Shown here: one piece after another, positions 60,664 through 64,000 of the stretch
Layout: every line of letters starts with the position of its first letter
How positions within the stretch are numbered: the stretch's first letter is position 1
Assembly (NCBI GenBank): GCA_017654855.1
Contig: CM030337.1
Span: 3,844,001-3,908,000, forward strand
DNA: 64,000 nucleotides
Source of the DNA: Podospora anserina
Taxonomy: Eukaryota
Direction: 5' to 3'
Position numbers and translations under genes: made by a program
Notes under the pieces: model-generated
Told to the model about the DNA's origin: nothing
The model's database searches: none
Seen by the model: only the letters and a program-made list of their open reading frames with translations

Positions 60664-63600
60664 GCAAGCGATAGCGAGAGTTCAACCCACCCTTCTGGCA
60701 CATTACTATCCCCAGTAGACCACGGAGTCTTGACCTTGAACATGCCAGTTCTCTTAGAGGAAGACATGATGGATATTCGATGATCTGGGATCGAAGAGAA
60801 TGAGTAGGTCTTCGGATCACCTGTCCACACACCCAACCTCTCGATAAGGGGGGGACATCGAGTCCAATTTGAGGAAAACAGACCCAAAATTGTACGGTGC
60901 CAAGATGGTGGCTTTGTGATTCCGAATCCAGGGTCCGGGTTACCAAGAGGTACTGCTGTGCTCGGCATGTCGGGTTGGATAAGACGAACGTCACAAACCT
61001 TGCCGCCATGAGGAGGTAAATGCGGAAGCCTGGTGGGTACGGTTGCACCACATCATCTAGGGTGTGCCAATAGCTTCCGGCAATGGATGGGTATGGGACG
61101 TACTTGTCGTATCAGGGGGCTGAGATAAGTCGTGATCCTGAGCAAGATCAAAGTATATGCCAGGTACAGCCACTTTGGGTCGGAACGTGGTTGTGGATTC
61201 GGGTCGAAATACTCCACACATCATCCCGTTTCTTGGTGCCTGTGACATGACAAGGAGTCTGGAACTGGGGACCGGGCGGACAGACAGTGTGGGGGGATGT
61301 TCTTTTGTTCCATACCATGGCGCCGTCACCGGTGTCTAGGTGGTCTGAACAATGACCATTCAGCTATCGCCCGGTAACTGCCATAATGCCGGTCGAGCTG
61401 TCTACCACACGGCGTCAAGCTCGAAGCCAATGACAGCACGAGTGAGAGCGAGCGTTTCCTACACCAACGGGACACAACGAAGCGATCTGTACAATCTGCA
61501 ATCAGCGCCATGTCAGCATCGAAACTCCATCACACCACGGGCCAATCCATACAATTACCACATGAGCGGAGGTTGTAAGGAGGCTTAGTCGCTTTAGCGG
61601 TCTTGGCCCTGCAAGTCGAGGAGCGGACGGGAAGCGGAGGTGCGGCCGCATGCATGTGTCAATAATCCGTGGTTAGATGAATGACCTCCGGGTGGTACTA
61701 CCTCACATTACTGAAACGGGGTTGGTGTGAGATTGGGCTTCAAGATGGAGTCAAGAACGTCACATACCGACTGTGGTACAATGTTTGGTGGGTGAGCATT
61801 TGGGACAAACACTTTGGTGGGCAAATTGCTGTAGTAAGCTGGCGCTTAACTCTGTTTGCCCTAGCGTGTGGCACCTTGGCCAGGTTATCAGGGCTAATTG
61901 TCCCTTTGAACAGACCTAAAGTCAACGTCAACTCCCGAACATCACAATACCTATTCCAAGTTGACCAACATCATGATTGCTGACTGTATCCAGAGATGTC
62001 AGGCAACGATTTACTTTCTTGCCATCAACCCGAGCGAATATACACGAACGGACTTCCCCCTTTCACCGCCAAACATCAACACCCAAACCTGAATTGCACA
62101 ATTGCATCTCCAGATGCCAAGCAATCAGATTGGGAAGGAGCAAGGGTAGGAAACCATGTGAGTTGATTGGTCAAGCAACGATCTCATTGAACACACTCTG
62201 CCTTGCTGACAGCCTAAGCTGAGAATCTATCTTATTATTGCTCTCATTCAGCTCGCATTTTGTTGCACGGTACTGACATCACAGAGTTCAAAAAGAGTAA
62301 CCCGTATCCGACCCGGACATCTCCTCCTACAATCCAACAACTCAAGTGCTCGACTTATCTCAAGTACATGTCAGACTTCTTAGGCAACGACAAAACCAAC
62401 TTCTGGCGAGATTAACGCCGCTGACGGTCAAATGTTTGGAACTCGAGCCGCAAACTTTATTTTCTTCCTGGAATGATATCCAATCGGTTGCCGCTGTCGT
62501 GTTAATTAAGTCTTGGGGCGGGCCGAGGTCCAAATGTTACCTTGACTGACCTTACCATCTTCACGACGTTTCAGGGGAATCGACATTACCAGCTTCATCT
62601 CGCGCGACTCTATAGGATGGCCATGTCAGCAGAATTCCACGAAAGGTTGTTGCCTGCTCATCACGAAGTCATCGACAGATACATAACACAAAAACTGTCC
62701 TCCTACCTACTTCGACATGGAATCCAAGATTATTGTCATTCTTATTGCTAATCAAATTCTCCAGCTCGGGCATGTGCACATATCGAATATTGGTTCATTC
62801 TATGAGACAGACCTATGCATTGGTTCTTTTTTGCTACCATTGGCGTTGGGTAGGAACTCGACCCTTGCATCAGCCCATGAAAATCGCTAGCTCATGAAAA
62901 CACAGCCCCCCTCACCCCACATCGCCCACAACACCAACACCAACCTTCACTTTTATGTATCGATGGGAAATCTCAAGAAGCACCGGCCCGTCTAATTCCA
63001 TCCCCGTCTCATGTTGGTTCCGGTTCCACTCGCGCGTGCGGCGAGGCAGACCAGGGGGCATTCTTCCCGGCTGACTTGCATTGTCACCAAACCCCACCGC
63101 TGCCACTGTGCAACGGAACCCCTTACCCAGAAGCGACCCTCGTAACGGCATCCGAAGGGAGGTTGCCACGTTGTTCACACGATTTACCCGCGGCAGATAT
63201 TATTCCTCTTGCTGAATCATTAGTCCCCATGCACAGTCAAACAATCAAGCTTTCTGTGTAACCACAGGGGGGTAGTTGCTTATGAAATCTCATTCTCTTG
63301 GTAAGTGAGGGCACTCCTACTGCCTCCCAGCGCAGCTTGAACTACCTACCCAGGCATAACCTCAGTCTACAGAAGGCCACGCGTCAAAGAGTCATGTTAT
63401 CATATCGACAGAAGTCCGCGGCCAGATACCAAGGATTCGTGCATATGGATGTACATAACCGTGTCACCTCGGCAATGGCAAAGCCACAATGGGGTTGCGC
63501 CAACAACGCTACCCTATAAGCAAAATCAAAGAGATCAAGTATCATGACGGAAAGGCGGGCTCAGCTCCGTCTATCAAGCTCACGATCAGTGAGCCGTAAG

Positions 63601-64000
63601 AGGAAGGTTGACAAGAAATCCTTCATTACCTCAGCTACCTTACTTCTGGCCAACTTGAAAAATCTTGAAATATTTCACTGCTAGGGACTGAATGACCAAG
63701 GCAGTGCTGCAATCTACCTAGCCAACCTATCAAGCAAGTAAACTCCCTGTTGGAGGCCTCCCATGGTTTAGCCAGCTCTCCTGAACCACAAACTTCCGAC
63801 GAAAATAGGCACCAGGCGTGCTGGCAAGACACAATAATGCCATGAAGAGACCAATATTACAGTGAGAATTTTCATCATGCCAAAAAAAAAACATTTTAAT
63901 TCTCAGTTCTAGACTAAGCTCATTTATCTATACATCAAGCGTCACCTGTCAATCTACAATACTTCCTGACCCAAAACTCTATCCAGGGGGACGGAAGCCC

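Noticed and set aside
60700..64000. Short ORFs upstream of the Zn2Cys6 gene
   Set aside because: No supportable gene; likely a long regulatory or intergenic region.
1..64000. Starship captain, Spok, NLR/HET or retrotransposon genes
   Set aside because: No tyrosine recombinase, NACHT/NB-ARC, HET, reverse transcriptase or transposase motifs were recognised.

Overview
Eukaryotic window from a filamentous ascomycete. Short GT-AG introns with CTAAC/CTGAC branch sites, G-rich/C-rich codon blocks and GGTAG/CTACC motifs suggest a Sordariales fungus such as Podospora (inference). The left ~42 kb is accessory-like. It holds small paralogous orphans, a Baeyer-Villiger monooxygenase, several transcription factors, a DUF2235 hydrolase, a fructosyl-amine/pipecolate-type oxidase, an SDR, a pectate lyase, a small Cys-rich secreted protein, a BBE-like oxidase, a 59-aa microprotein, a 485-bp TIR element with a TAA duplication, a degenerate intron-containing tRNA-Ala, and disrupted genes. 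The right ~22 kb is core-like: Cdc25-like phosphatase, POM33, PTEN/TEP1, PRPP synthetase, an NRPS-like reductase, PSF2 and a Zn2Cys6 factor. The best candidate for an undescribed system is an intronless tandem pair at 33.4-35.3 kb: a lipidation-motif AbiEii/DUF6036-like nucleotidyltransferase plus an unknown partner, resembling a bacterial toxin-antitoxin cassette, with a divergent metallophosphoesterase. Family assignments come from motif recognition only; no searches were run.
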